From IMG/VR virus record IMGVR_UViG_2617271050_000002: a DNA stretch of 51,450 nucleotides. One strand, written 5' to 3'. The notes beneath the pieces are model-generated. The model worked only from the letters and a program-made list of their open reading frames with translations, did no database searches and had not been told where the DNA came from. Source of the stretch: a virus. Lineage: Duplodnaviria; Heunggongvirae; Uroviricota; Caudoviricetes. A program made the position numbers and the translations under genes. This document shows, piece after piece, positions 8,503 through 16,880 of this stretch. Every line of letters starts with the position of its first letter. Within the stretch, counting starts at the first letter, position 1.

Positions 8503-8855
8503 GTGCACCGGCAACCATTCTTGATATGTGCTGTGGCAGCCGCATGTTCTGGTTCGATAAGTCTGACGAACGGGCGATATTCAGCGATATCAGAAAAGAA
8601 GGATACACATTACGCAATGGGAGACGCTTGATTATCAGCCCTGACATTATCGCAGATTTTCGTGCATTATCATTTGCAGACGCATCTTTTTCGATGGTTG
8701 TATTAGACCCTCCGCATCTTGAGAGTGTTGGTGATAACGCCTGGATGGGAAAGAAATATGGACGGCTGAATAAAGATGCCTGGCGTGATGATTCGCGACA
8801 GAGATTTAAAGAAGCCTTTCGGGTGTTGAGGCCGCACGGCGTTCTGATTTTTTAA
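8499..8855 (+). CDS. SAM-dependent DNA methyltransferase-like protein, short (118 aa), possibly truncated
   Basis: Motif I-like ILDMCCGSRMF and a DPPH motif of the (D/N)PP(Y/F/W/H) type. Ends at an in-frame TAA after only ~50 aa beyond DPPH; 29 further sense codons follow in the same frame. Confidence 0.5.
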   Translation: MSAPATILDMCCGSRMFWFDKSDERAIFSDIRKEGYTLRNGRRLIISPDIIADFRALSFADASFSMVVLDPPHLESVGDNAWMGKKYGRLNKDAWRDDSRQRFKEAFRVLRPHGVLIF

Positions 8856-9206
8856 TGGAATGAAACGCAAATACCGGTAAGCCAGATTCTGGCACTGACA
8901 GACAGAAAACCTGTTATCTGTCAACGAACAGGGAAAAAACGATAAAACCCACTGGATTATTTTTATGAAAGAGGCATCCAGTGAGTAGATTCGTAAGGCT
9001 ACAGATACGTATATCTGAATAATTAAATTCAGTTCTGTAAATAAAATTTAATCCTTAACCGGATGGATTTCTGCACCCTCAGAACATCAGGAGGCCGCCC
9101 GAAAGGGCGGTAGTGAAATGCGAAAGTTCAAAATTATTATTGAAACGGGAATAGCTGGTGGAGATTTTGAGGATGTATTCGAAGTGGACGATGACGCAAC
9201 ACCTGA

Positions 9207-9214
9207 GGAAATTC
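9207..9214. repeat. Target-site duplication (GGAAATTC), left copy
   Basis: Identical 8-bp sequence directly flanks both IS66 ends. Confidence 0.8.
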
Positions 9215-9244
9215 GTAAGCGTCAACGGAGCACCGTATTGACGC

Positions 9245-10774
9245 TTATTTATTGGTGAGTACTACGTTCCATGGCAGGAGTTCGCCAACTCGGTTGGAAG
9301 GCCATTCCGGCAGTACGCTCAGAATATGGCGCAGATACGCTTCCGGATCGATACCGTTCAGACGGCAGGTGCCGATCAGCCCGTACAACAGTGCTCCACG
9401 CTCGCCGCCGTGATCGCTGCCAAAGAACATAAAGTTTTTCTTTCCGAGACAGACTGCACGAAGCGCTCTTTCCGCAGCATTATTATCCGCCTCCGCCAGA
9501 CCGTCATCACTGTAATAACAGAGGGCATCCCACTGATTCAGTACATAGCTGAACGCTTCGCCCAGTCTGGATTTTTTCGACAGCGTACCATTCTTCTCCA
9601 CCATCCATTCATGCAGCGACGTCAGTAACACTTTGCTTCGCTGCTGCCTGACGGCAAGACGCTCTGACTCCGGTAATCCCCGTATTTCATCCTCGATGGC
9701 GTACAGTTCACTGATTCGCTTCAGGGCTTCTTCTGCCGTCGCACTTTTGCTGCTGATGTATACATCGTGGATTTTTCGCCGGGCATGGGCCCAGCACGCA
9801 ACTTCTGTCAGTGCACCACCTTCACGTTCTGCACTGAACAACCTGTCGTAACCTGTGAACGCATCCGCCTGCAGGATACCCCGGAAGGGGCGGAGGTGTT
9901 GCTCCGGGTGTTTCCCCTGCCGGTTCGGCGAGTACGCGAACCAGACCGCTGGAGGAGATGACGAACCCACATTGCGATCATCCCGGACATACGTCCAGAT
10001 ACGCCCTGTTTTCGCCTTTTTCTGACCCGGTGCCAGTACCTTTACCGGTGTGTCATCAGTGTGAACCTTGCGGGTGTTCATTACATAACGGTACAGGGCA
10101 TCATTCACCGGTGTCATTAACTGGCAGCACGCGTCAACCCAGTTGGAGAGTAAGGCCCGGCTCAGTTCGACACCCTGGCGGGCAAAGATTTCACTCTGAC
10201 GATACAGTGGCAGATGTTCGCAGTATTTTCCCGTTAACACGCGGGCAAGTAATCCGGGGCCCGCGATACCACGCTCTACCGGGCGGGACGGCGCCGGTGC
10301 TTCAACAATACAGTCACATTTTGTACAGGCTTTTTTTACCCGTTCTGTGCGGATCANNNNNNNNNNTGGCTCCAGGCGGTGTATTTCACGGGGAAGGTGT
10401 GCCGGTAACGGACGACGATGGCGCGACTGTCGCAACTGGCGGGGAACCTGAGGATCGTCTTCCCGCCCACTGTAACGATCGCTGTCCTGTTCACGTTGTT
10501 TCAGCAGAGCCTCAGCCAGTTCAACTTCACGACGCAGTTTTTCAGAACGGGTACCGAACAGCATCCGGCGCAGTTTTTCTATCTGAGCCCGCAGATGTTC
10601 TATTTCCCGTTCATCTTCTTCGATCTTTTCTTCGACACGTGTCAGTGCAGAGCGCAGGAAGGCTTCCGTCTCTTCAACCAGACTCAGTTGCTGGTCTTTC
10701 TGACGGAGGGCTTCAGCCTGCTCAGAGAGCAACCTTTCCAGCTCTGCGATGCGAATGAGGTATTTCTGACTCAT
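9245..10774 (-). CDS. tnpC: IS66-family transposase TnpC
   Basis: 509-aa ORF with N-terminal coiled-coil/leucine-zipper region typical of IS66 TnpC; interrupted by a run of 10 N at 10357-10366. Confidence 0.85.
   Translation of the reverse strand: MSQKYLIRIAELERLLSEQAEALRQKDQQLSLVEETEAFLRSALTRVEEKIEEDEREIEHLRAQIEKLRRMLFGTRSEKLRREVELAEALLKQREQDSDRYSGREDDPQVPRQLRQSRHRRPLPAHLPREIHRLEPXXXXIRTERVKKACTKCDCIVEAPAPSRPVERGIAGPGLLARVLTGKYCEHLPLYRQSEIFARQGVELSRALLSNWVDACCQLMTPVNDALYRYVMNTRKVHTDDTPVKVLAPGQKKAKTGRIWTYVRDDRNVGSSSPPAVWFAYSPNRQGKHPEQHLRPFRGILQADAFTGYDRLFSAEREGGALTEVACWAHARRKIHDVYISSKSATAEEALKRISELYAIEDEIRGLPESERLAVRQQRSKVLLTSLHEWMVEKNGTLSKKSRLGEAFSYVLNQWDALCYYSDDGLAEADNNAAERALRAVCLGKKNFMFFGSDHGGERGALLYGLIGTCRLNGIDPEAYLRHILSVLPEWPSNRVGELLPWNVVLTNK
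10357..10366. other. Assembly gap (10 N)
   Basis: Literal N run in the sequence, inside the IS66 transposase gene. Confidence 0.95.
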
Positions 10775-10804
10775 GACCGTTTTTATAATGCGGTCAGGAG
10801 TTTT

Positions 10805-11155
10805 TTACAACATTGTCAGTGAGTTACGGCTGGATGTTTTTGGCTGACGCCAGTCCAGCTTATCGAGGAGCATTGCCAGTTGCGAGCGGGTAATGGATAC
10901 CTTGCCGTCACGTACCGCAGGCCAGATAAACTGGCCTTCCTCCAGGCGTTTGGTGAACAGGCACAGACCATCAGCATCAGCCCAAAGAATTTTAACGGTG
11001 TCACCCCGTCGGCCACGGAAGATAAACAGGTGGCCGGAGAAGGGATTATCATTCAGCACATGTTGTACCTGTTCTCCCAGTCCGTTGAAGGATTTACGCA
11101 TATCGGTAACGCCGGCAACGAGCCAGATACGGGTACCTGATGGGAGTGAGATCAT
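10805..11155 (-). CDS. tnpB: IS66-family accessory protein TnpB (orfB)
   Basis: 116-aa ORF between tnpA and tnpC, overlapping tnpA by 4 nt. Confidence 0.85.
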   Translation of the reverse strand: MISLPSGTRIWLVAGVTDMRKSFNGLGEQVQHVLNDNPFSGHLFIFRGRRGDTVKILWADADGLCLFTKRLEEGQFIWPAVRDGKVSITRSQLAMLLDKLDWRQPKTSSRNSLTML

Positions 11156-11577
11156 CTTCCCCTCCCGGTCAGTTCACGGATCAACACTGTGAGCAGCTCT
11201 GGCGATGGATTTTCCAGCGTCATGTTACCGTGACGGAACTCCACCTTGCAGGAACTGGCACTGACTCTGGTCTGAGTGGAAGTGGATAAAGACGGCGCAA
11301 TGGCCGCCACAGGTTTTTTCTGCTCATCCGGCGTTATTTCTACAGGTAATAATTCAACGCCAGTGTCAGAAGAGGTCGTTACCGGAAGACGCCGCGAAAC
11401 ACGCCCTTCGTTCTGCCAGAGCCTGAGCCATTTGAAAATAACATTATCATTGACGCCATTTTCACGTGCAATCTGTGCAACACAAGCTCCAGGTTGTGAT
11501 GCCAGTTCCACCATACGAAGTTTGAATTCATTCGAATAGTTTTTACGAGGTTCTTTTCGCCAGTCCTGTAATTCCAT
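11152..11577 (-). CDS. tnpA: IS66-family accessory protein TnpA (orfA)
   Basis: 141-aa ORF with N-terminal HTH; first gene of the IS66 operon. Confidence 0.85.
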   Translation of the reverse strand: MELQDWRKEPRKNYSNEFKLRMVELASQPGACVAQIARENGVNDNVIFKWLRLWQNEGRVSRRLPVTTSSDTGVELLPVEITPDEQKKPVAAIAPSLSTSTQTRVSASSCKVEFRHGNMTLENPSPELLTVLIRELTGRGR

Positions 11578-11662
11578 ACTTAGATGTCCGTCTATATCAG
11601 ATGGGCGTCTAAGTTACCAATTCTCGTCTGATGGCTACATACGGCGGTCAGTTTACGCTTAC

Positions 11663-11670
11663 GGAAATTC
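11663..11670. repeat. Target-site duplication (GGAAATTC), right copy
   Basis: Identical to 9207-9214. Confidence 0.8.
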
Positions 11671-11921
11671 ATGACGGAGCATAAGAAATTTTCTTTAACT
11701 ACTGCAATTACTCATACCACGAAATAAAAGACGATGAGGAAGAACAAAGTGGCTGATTTTTGTTCAGCTAAATATAACATCAGTTTTGAAGAGCGGGATG
11801 AACTATTAATGGACTATGGTGAGTTACGCGGTGGAAGTGCTGCTGATGTCGAATCCTAGCGTGATGACTATGAAGCGGGAAAAACTCCGGTCGAAGCATA
11901 TTGTGATGAGTGGGGCGATGA

Positions 11922-12209
11922 ATGAGCGAGATTAATTATCAGGAAGGGCATGAAACGGCGGGGCAAGCAAAACCAGTGGCATGGCGATATCGCTACGTGA
12001 AAAAAGGCGTTACGGACTTTCAGGGGAAGTAGTGGTCTGGTGACTGGAAATATGTACCGAAAAAAGAGGATTGTAACGACAGGCCGAACTATCAAATTCA
12101 GGCCTTATTCACTGCCTCACCAGTCCCAGTTACATCAGAAGAACTGGTTAAAGCTGTGCACTTTTATGAACAACTAAAACGCGAAAATCCACCAACATCC
12201 GGCAACTAG
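11922..12209 (+). pseudogene. ORF interrupted by an in-frame amber codon (36 codons, TAG at 12030-12032, then 58 codons)
   Basis: Hand translation: MSEINYQEGHETAGQAKPVAWRYRYVKKGVTDFQGK * WSGDWKYVPKKEDCNDRPNYQIQALFTASPVPVTSEELVKAVHFYEQLKRENPPTSGN, same frame throughout. No homolog recognised. Confidence 0.25.
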
Positions 12210-12463
12210 ATTAATGGATTAACTATGTCGGTTAAACGACCAGCCAACTGAAAAAGCGGAAACCTGATTACAGGTTGCCAGATAAGGCAATGAGCTACCT
12301 GGCGCGGAACGGACTGATAAGTATGGGGAATGTTTTACGATGAACCTTTAGACTAAAGAGTTTGTAACGCTATGTAAGTGATTTTTTCTGGTTTAGATAT
12401 TTATATGTCCGGCCAAATTGAGGTGTGTTTAAATGTAATTGCACATTGATTGTAGGAGGAATA

Positions 12464-12643
12464 ATGAAAAACGCATTGCAGTTTTTGTTTGTTGCGTTCT
12501 GGTTGTTCGCATCATGTATGCCCATCATCTTCACAGCAAGGTATATGGAAAAAGTTGATGTTTTGATATTAATATTTGGATATATAAATGCCCTTTTTTT
12601 AGGGGTGTTCATGGCGGTCATGTGCATTGAATACTGGCGGTAA
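12464..12643 (+). CDS. Small predicted two-helix membrane protein (59 aa)
   Basis: Strong RBS GTAGGAGG 6 nt before the ATG at 12464; two hydrophobic segments; lies in an A/T-rich islet. Confidence 0.4.
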   Translation: MKNALQFLFVAFWLFASCMPIIFTARYMEKVDVLILIFGYINALFLGVFMAVMCIEYWR

Positions 12644-12977
12644 ATACAGCGAACTCCATTGGTTTAGTTGGATATTTACTGTGCTGGACAAAAACGGTTT
12701 GCGGGGAAATCTTAGTTAAGTAGAATGACTGCGGGTGCTTGAGGCTATCTGCCTCGGGCATGGACACCAACGGCAGATAGAGAAAAGCCCCAGTTAACAT
12801 TACGCGTCCTGCAAGACGCTTAACATTAATCTGAGGCCAATTTCATGCTAGACACATGTAGGTTAGCCTCTTACGTGCCGAAAGGCACGGAGAAGCAGGC
12901 TATTGTTAACACCAAGCTGTAATGTCCCCTTTGAACCATTCTAAAATGTCCCCAGACAATTCTCTGGGGGATTTTTC

Positions 12978-14291
12978 ATGATCAAAGAGACTGTTACGAT
13001 GAGTCATAAGGAACTCCACCGACTTCAGATTATTCAGGAACAAGCTGCGGCACGCATTGGCATTTCTATTCGGCAGGTTAAACGTCTGGTGCAACGGTAT
13101 AGAAATGAAGGGCCTTCTGGTCTGGTTTCCCACCGACGTGGAAAGCGTCCTAATAATTCCTTTTCTACTGAATTCAGAGCAACAGTAATTTCACTCCTCA
13201 AAGGCCGTTACGCTGATTTTGGACCTACGTTTGCGTGCGAAAAATTGCGCGAGATACACGGTTTATCTTTATCCGTTGAAACCCTCAGAAAGTGGATGAT
13301 AGAAGAGGGGTTATGGCGTGAACGCCGTCGTAAAATTGCCCGTATATATCAACGCCGCATGCGACGACCATCTTACGGTGAACTGATCCAGATTGATGGC
13401 TCACCTCATGACTGGTTTGAAAATCGAGGCCCCAGATGTACACTGATCGTTTTCATTGATGATGCCACCAGTGCGTTGATGGCGTTGCGTTTTGTGCCTG
13501 CTGAAACAACCCGGGCTTACATGGAAACCCTCCGGGGTTACCTTAATGATCATGGCGTACCGCTCGCTCTCTACTCTGATAGACACAGTATATTCAGGGT
13601 AAATAACCCAGAGCGGGAAGGTGAGCTGACCCAGTTCACTCGTGCGATAAAGACACTGGGCATCGAGCCAATCCATGCCAACAGCCCGCAGGCAAAAGGG
13701 CGGGTAGAGCGCGCCAATCAGACACTACAGGACAGGCTGGTCAAAGAAATGCGGCTTCAGAATATCAGTGATATTGAAACAGCAAATGCATGGTTGCCGA
13801 CCTTTATTGAAGCCTATAACAACCGGTTCGCTACGTCGCCTCGTACTACTGATAATGCTCATCTTGATGTGCACCATTCTGAAGAGGAACTGGGTTATAT
13901 CTTCAGCCTACAGGCGAAGCGCGTTCTGTCTAAAAATCTCACTTTCCAGTACAAAAGCAGTGCGTTTCAGGTACGCAGTGAGGGCCGGGGATATCGACTT
14001 AGGCATTCGGTTGTTACTGTATGCGAGAACTTTGACGGTGAAATTAACGTTCTGTATGACGGGAAAGCGCTGGGCTGGGAAAAGTATGTTGATGGCCCGG
14101 AGCCTATACCACTGGATGATGAAAAGAGTGTCCATGAACGAGTGGATAATGCCCGTATTGATTTACGCTCAAAATACTATGTTAAACCTAAAGCTGACCA
14201 TCCCTGGCTTACGCGCCGAACGCAAAGTCATCAGCAAGTTAAGCCCCCGAAGTTACCTAAAAAGAAGCCTGATCCCGATAAAAAAGATTGA
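12978..14291 (+). CDS. DDE transposase with integrase-type (rve) catalytic core, IS481/ISNCY-like
   Basis: 437 aa with N-terminal HTH and a D...D...E core (IDGSPH, FIDDATS, YSDRHS, RVERANQ). Single-ORF organisation. Confidence 0.75.
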   Translation: MIKETVTMSHKELHRLQIIQEQAAARIGISIRQVKRLVQRYRNEGPSGLVSHRRGKRPNNSFSTEFRATVISLLKGRYADFGPTFACEKLREIHGLSLSVETLRKWMIEEGLWRERRRKIARIYQRRMRRPSYGELIQIDGSPHDWFENRGPRCTLIVFIDDATSALMALRFVPAETTRAYMETLRGYLNDHGVPLALYSDRHSIFRVNNPEREGELTQFTRAIKTLGIEPIHANSPQAKGRVERANQTLQDRLVKEMRLQNISDIETANAWLPTFIEAYNNRFATSPRTTDNAHLDVHHSEEELGYIFSLQAKRVLSKNLTFQYKSSAFQVRSEGRGYRLRHSVVTVCENFDGEINVLYDGKALGWEKYVDGPEPIPLDDEKSVHERVDNARIDLRSKYYVKPKADHPWLTRRTQSHQQVKPPKLPKKKPDPDKKD

Positions 14292-14727
14292 AACCAAGAT
14301 CGATTCGGTTGAGTGCATATCCATTCATAGGGTAGATTCTTAAGTCGCGTTTCTGGTGTTCATTTTCGGGTGGTTTGTTACTTGTTTTACCGGGGATATG
14401 CCAGAAACGCGCTGAGTCAGTCTGGGCGGTGCGCGTAATGAGGCGTTATGGTAAATAGCCTATGCTAATGTCCGCTAAGAGCAAGAAGCGGAAGTTGGCA
14501 GTTTTGTGGACTGTCCCCACAAAAGTGACTACAGAAATAGTTGCAATTCATAATTGATCATGGGTTGTCAGTTAAACTCGTGGCGATTTAAATAGACTAA
14601 TTGGGAGTGCGTCCATTACTTATATCTTGTAATGTTAACTATCAGAAATGATACAAAGATAATATGTCTTTAAAGAAAAGGCTGATGGCGAAAAGTGGCC
14701 CGATGAGGGCCACAATACGGCTGTCAC

Positions 14728-15060
14728 TTAGACGTAAATATCAATGGTGCCAGCGGTATTTGTATCGTCTTTTTTCTCTTCTTTTTTATCAGGCTGAACT
14801 GTCGCGTCTTCATTCTTTTTCTCTGCCTGCTGCCTTAACAACTGCTCCAGTTGAGCCCAGAGGCTTTCAATTTGCTTCTGTACCAATGCAGCCATTTCTT
14901 TTTTCTGCTGTGTCGTCATCCCCTCTTCCGATGAGATTTTCCCAAGCTTTTCAGTCAGCACCTGAATTTGTCTTGTGATTTTGGCTATTTCTGATGTTCC
15001 TTCCGGGGCGGAGTTGTTTGAAATAACGGTTGAGGTATTTCCCTGAATTGTGACAGACAT
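14728..15060 (-). CDS. flxA: FlxA (FliA-regulated prophage protein, 110 aa)
   Basis: Matches recalled K-12 Qin FlxA; a sigma28 promoter lies directly upstream. Confidence 0.8.
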   Translation of the reverse strand: MSVTIQGNTSTVISNNSAPEGTSEIAKITRQIQVLTEKLGKISSEEGMTTQQKKEMAALVQKQIESLWAQLEQLLRQQAEKKNEDATVQPDKKEEKKDDTNTAGTIDIYV

Positions 15061-15083
15061 AGATTTCTCCTTTTAAAAAAGCA

Positions 15084-15110
15084 CTATCGGCATGCACAAA
15101 AAAATCTTTA
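15084..15110 (-). promoter_or_regulatory. Sigma28 (FliA) promoter of flxA
   Basis: Minus strand reads TAAAGATT-N11-GCCGATAG, against the consensus TAAAGTTT-N11-GCCGATAA; about 25 nt upstream of the flxA ATG. Confidence 0.6.
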
Positions 15111-15262
15111 ATCGTATTTCTTGTGTCATTAATTGTTTGATGTTCAGATTGTTTTCCTCGCGGGCTGGCGCGCCTCAGAAAGTAAAGCTTGTTGACAGGG
15201 GTAAACGTTCGGCAATAATTTTCTGCCGCATGCGGGTGTTGCATAAAACGTGTTACGTTCCT

Positions 15263-15568
15263 TTATCGACAGGTCAGGTCACCGCTCACCCGCCGACGAG
15301 AAAGCAACACTGACATGCTAAAGCAAAAAATAGATGAATAAGTTGAGTTGTGCATATGTAGCCTGACCGTCACAAAGTATATGGTGTCTGTACCAGTAAG
15401 ATGATGGCCGGACTCTTTAAAAACGAGCTGACCTGCACAATACAGGATGGACTTAGCAATGGCTGCTCCTGGCACACAGCGGACAGTGATCACCGTTCTT
15501 ACGACTACTTTCTGACTTCCTTCGTGACTTGCCCTAAGCATGTTGTAGTGCGATACTTGTAATGACAT
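15263..15568 (-). CDS. Hypothetical protein (YdfV-like position, 101 aa)
   Basis: 101-aa ORF between flxA and relB, where K-12 has a 101-aa ydfV as I recall. Sequence composition is unconvincing. Confidence 0.25.
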   Translation of the reverse strand: MSLQVSHYNMLRASHEGSQKVVVRTVITVRCVPGAAIAKSILYCAGQLVFKESGHHLTGTDTIYFVTVRLHMHNSTYSSIFCFSMSVLLSRRRVSGDLTCR

Positions 15569-15581
15569 TTGTAATTACAAG
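15556..15581 (+). promoter_or_regulatory. relBE operator (TTGTAAT inverted repeats)
   Basis: CTTGTAATGACATTTGTAATTACAAG palindromic array immediately upstream of the relB ATG. Confidence 0.5.
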
Positions 15582-15592
15582 AGGTGTAAGAC

Positions 15593-15832
15593 ATGGGTAG
15601 CATTAACCTGCGTATTGACGATGAACTTAAAGCGCGTTCTTACGCCGCGCTTGAAAAAATGGGTGTAACTCCTTCTGAAGCGCTTCGTCTCATGCTCGAG
15701 TATATCGCTGACAATGAACGCTTGCCGTTCAAACAGACACTCCTGAGTGATGAAGATGCTGAACTTGTGGAGATAGTGAAAGAACGGCTTCGTAATCCTA
15801 AGCCAGTACGTGTGACGCTGGATGAACTCTGA
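15593..15832 (+). CDS. relB: Antitoxin RelB
   Basis: 79 aa; matches recalled RelB (MGSINLRIDDELKARSYA...). Confidence 0.9.
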   Translation: MGSINLRIDDELKARSYAALEKMGVTPSEALRLMLEYIADNERLPFKQTLLSDEDAELVEIVKERLRNPKPVRVTLDEL

Positions 15833-16119
15833 TGGCGTATTTTCTGGATTTTGACGAGCGGGCACTAAAGGAATGGCGAAAGCTGGGCTCGACGGTACGT
15901 GAACAGTTGAAAAAGAAGCTGGTTGAAGTACTTGAGTCACCCCGGATTGAAGCAAACAAGCTCCGTGGTATGCCTGATTGTTACAAGATTAAGCTCCGGT
16001 CTTCAGGCTATCGCCTTGTATACCAGGTTATAGACGAGAAAGTTGTCGTTTTCGTGATTTCTGTTGGGAAAAGAGAACGCTCGGAAGTATATAGCGAGGC
16101 GGTCAAACGCATTCTCTGA
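15832..16119 (+). CDS. relE: mRNA interferase toxin RelE
   Basis: 95 aa; start overlaps the relB stop (TGATGG); matches recalled RelE. Confidence 0.9.
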   Translation: MAYFLDFDERALKEWRKLGSTVREQLKKKLVEVLESPRIEANKLRGMPDCYKIKLRSSGYRLVYQVIDEKVVVFVISVGKRERSEVYSEAVKRIL

Positions 16120-16190
16120 ACCAAAGCATGACATCTCTGTTTCGCACCGAAGGTGACACTTCTGCTTTGCGTTGACAGGAGAAGCAGGCT

Positions 16191-16346
16191 ATGAAGCAGC
16201 AAAAGGCGATGTTAATCGCCCTGATCGTCATCTGTTTAACCGTCATAGTGACGGCACTGGTAACGAGGAAAGACCTCTGCGAGGTACGAATCCGAACCGG
16301 CCAGACGGAGGTCGCTGTCTTCACAGCTTACGAACCTGAGGAGTAA
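16191..16346 (+). CDS. hokD: Hok-family membrane toxin HokD (RelF), 51 aa
   Basis: Hand-translated MKQQKAMLIALIVICLTVIVTALVTRKDLCEVRIRTGQTEVAVFTAYEPEE; below the track threshold. Confidence 0.85.
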   Translation: MKQQKAMLIALIVICLTVIVTALVTRKDLCEVRIRTGQTEVAVFTAYEPEE

Positions 16347-16414
16347 GAGACCCGGCGGGGGAGAAATCCCTCGCCACCTCTGATGTGGCAGGCATCCTCA
16401 ACGCACCCGCACTT

Positions 16415-16442
16415 AACCCGCTTCGGCGGGTTTTTGTTTTTA
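16415..16442 (+). terminator. Rho-independent terminator after hokD
   Basis: ACCCGC-TTCG-GCGGGT stem-loop followed by TTTTTGTTTT. Confidence 0.6.
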
Positions 16443-16562
16443 TTTTCAACGCGTTTGAAGTTCTGGACGGTGCCGGAATAGAATCAAAAATACTTAAGTA
16501 GCGCGCAGGGATAAGAGGGATGGTCCCTTAAAGGGGAGAGCTAATTATCCGGAAGGATTCTG

Positions 16563-16814
16563 ATGATGAACATCGAAGAACTGCGTAAAATTTTTTGTGA
16601 AGATGGCCTCTATGCTGTGTGCGTTGAAAATGGAAATCTTGTTAGTCATTACCGCATTATGTGTTTGCGAAAGAATGGGGCTGCGTTAATTAATTTTGTG
16701 GATGCTCGGGTCACGGACGGATTTATCTTGCGCGAAGGTGAGTTTGTCACTTCATTACAGGCATTGAAAGAGATCGGAATAAAAGCTGGCTTTTCTGCTT
16801 TTTCAGGAGAATAA
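16563..16814 (+). CDS. rem: Rem-like protein (83 aa)
   Basis: 83-aa ORF downstream of hokD, the position and length of K-12 rem. Confidence 0.55.
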   Translation: MMNIEELRKIFCEDGLYAVCVENGNLVSHYRIMCLRKNGAALINFVDARVTDGFILREGEFVTSLQALKEIGIKAGFSAFSGE

Positions 16815-16880
16815 ACTCATCTACAATCTTGCGCGGGGCTGAACTCCCGCTGAGTAACACCGTGCCACCGGAGAAAACCG

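Larger units (their letters stand above)
9215..11662 (-). mobile_element. IS66-family insertion sequence (ISEc8-like) with tnpA-tnpB-tnpC
   Basis: Terminal inverted repeats beginning GTAAGCGT at both ends (9215 on plus strand; complement of 11656-11662). Three-ORF IS66 organisation. Flanked by 8-bp direct repeats GGAAATTC. Confidence 0.85.

Noticed and set aside
9326-10758. Plus-strand ORFs of 100-266 aa inside the IS66 element
   Set aside because: Antisense to tnpC; one includes the N-run and is therefore an artefact of translating the gap.
12934-14525. Direct repeat TGTCCCCA(G/C)ACAA as a possible target-site duplication of the rve transposase element
   Set aside because: The copies are imperfect and the left copy lies only ~30 bp upstream of the transposase start, leaving no room for a terminal inverted repeat; not convincing as a duplication.
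14951-15313. 97-aa minus-strand and 73-aa plus-strand ORFs upstream of flxA
   Set aside because: They overlap the flxA promoter region and have no RBS or recognisable features.
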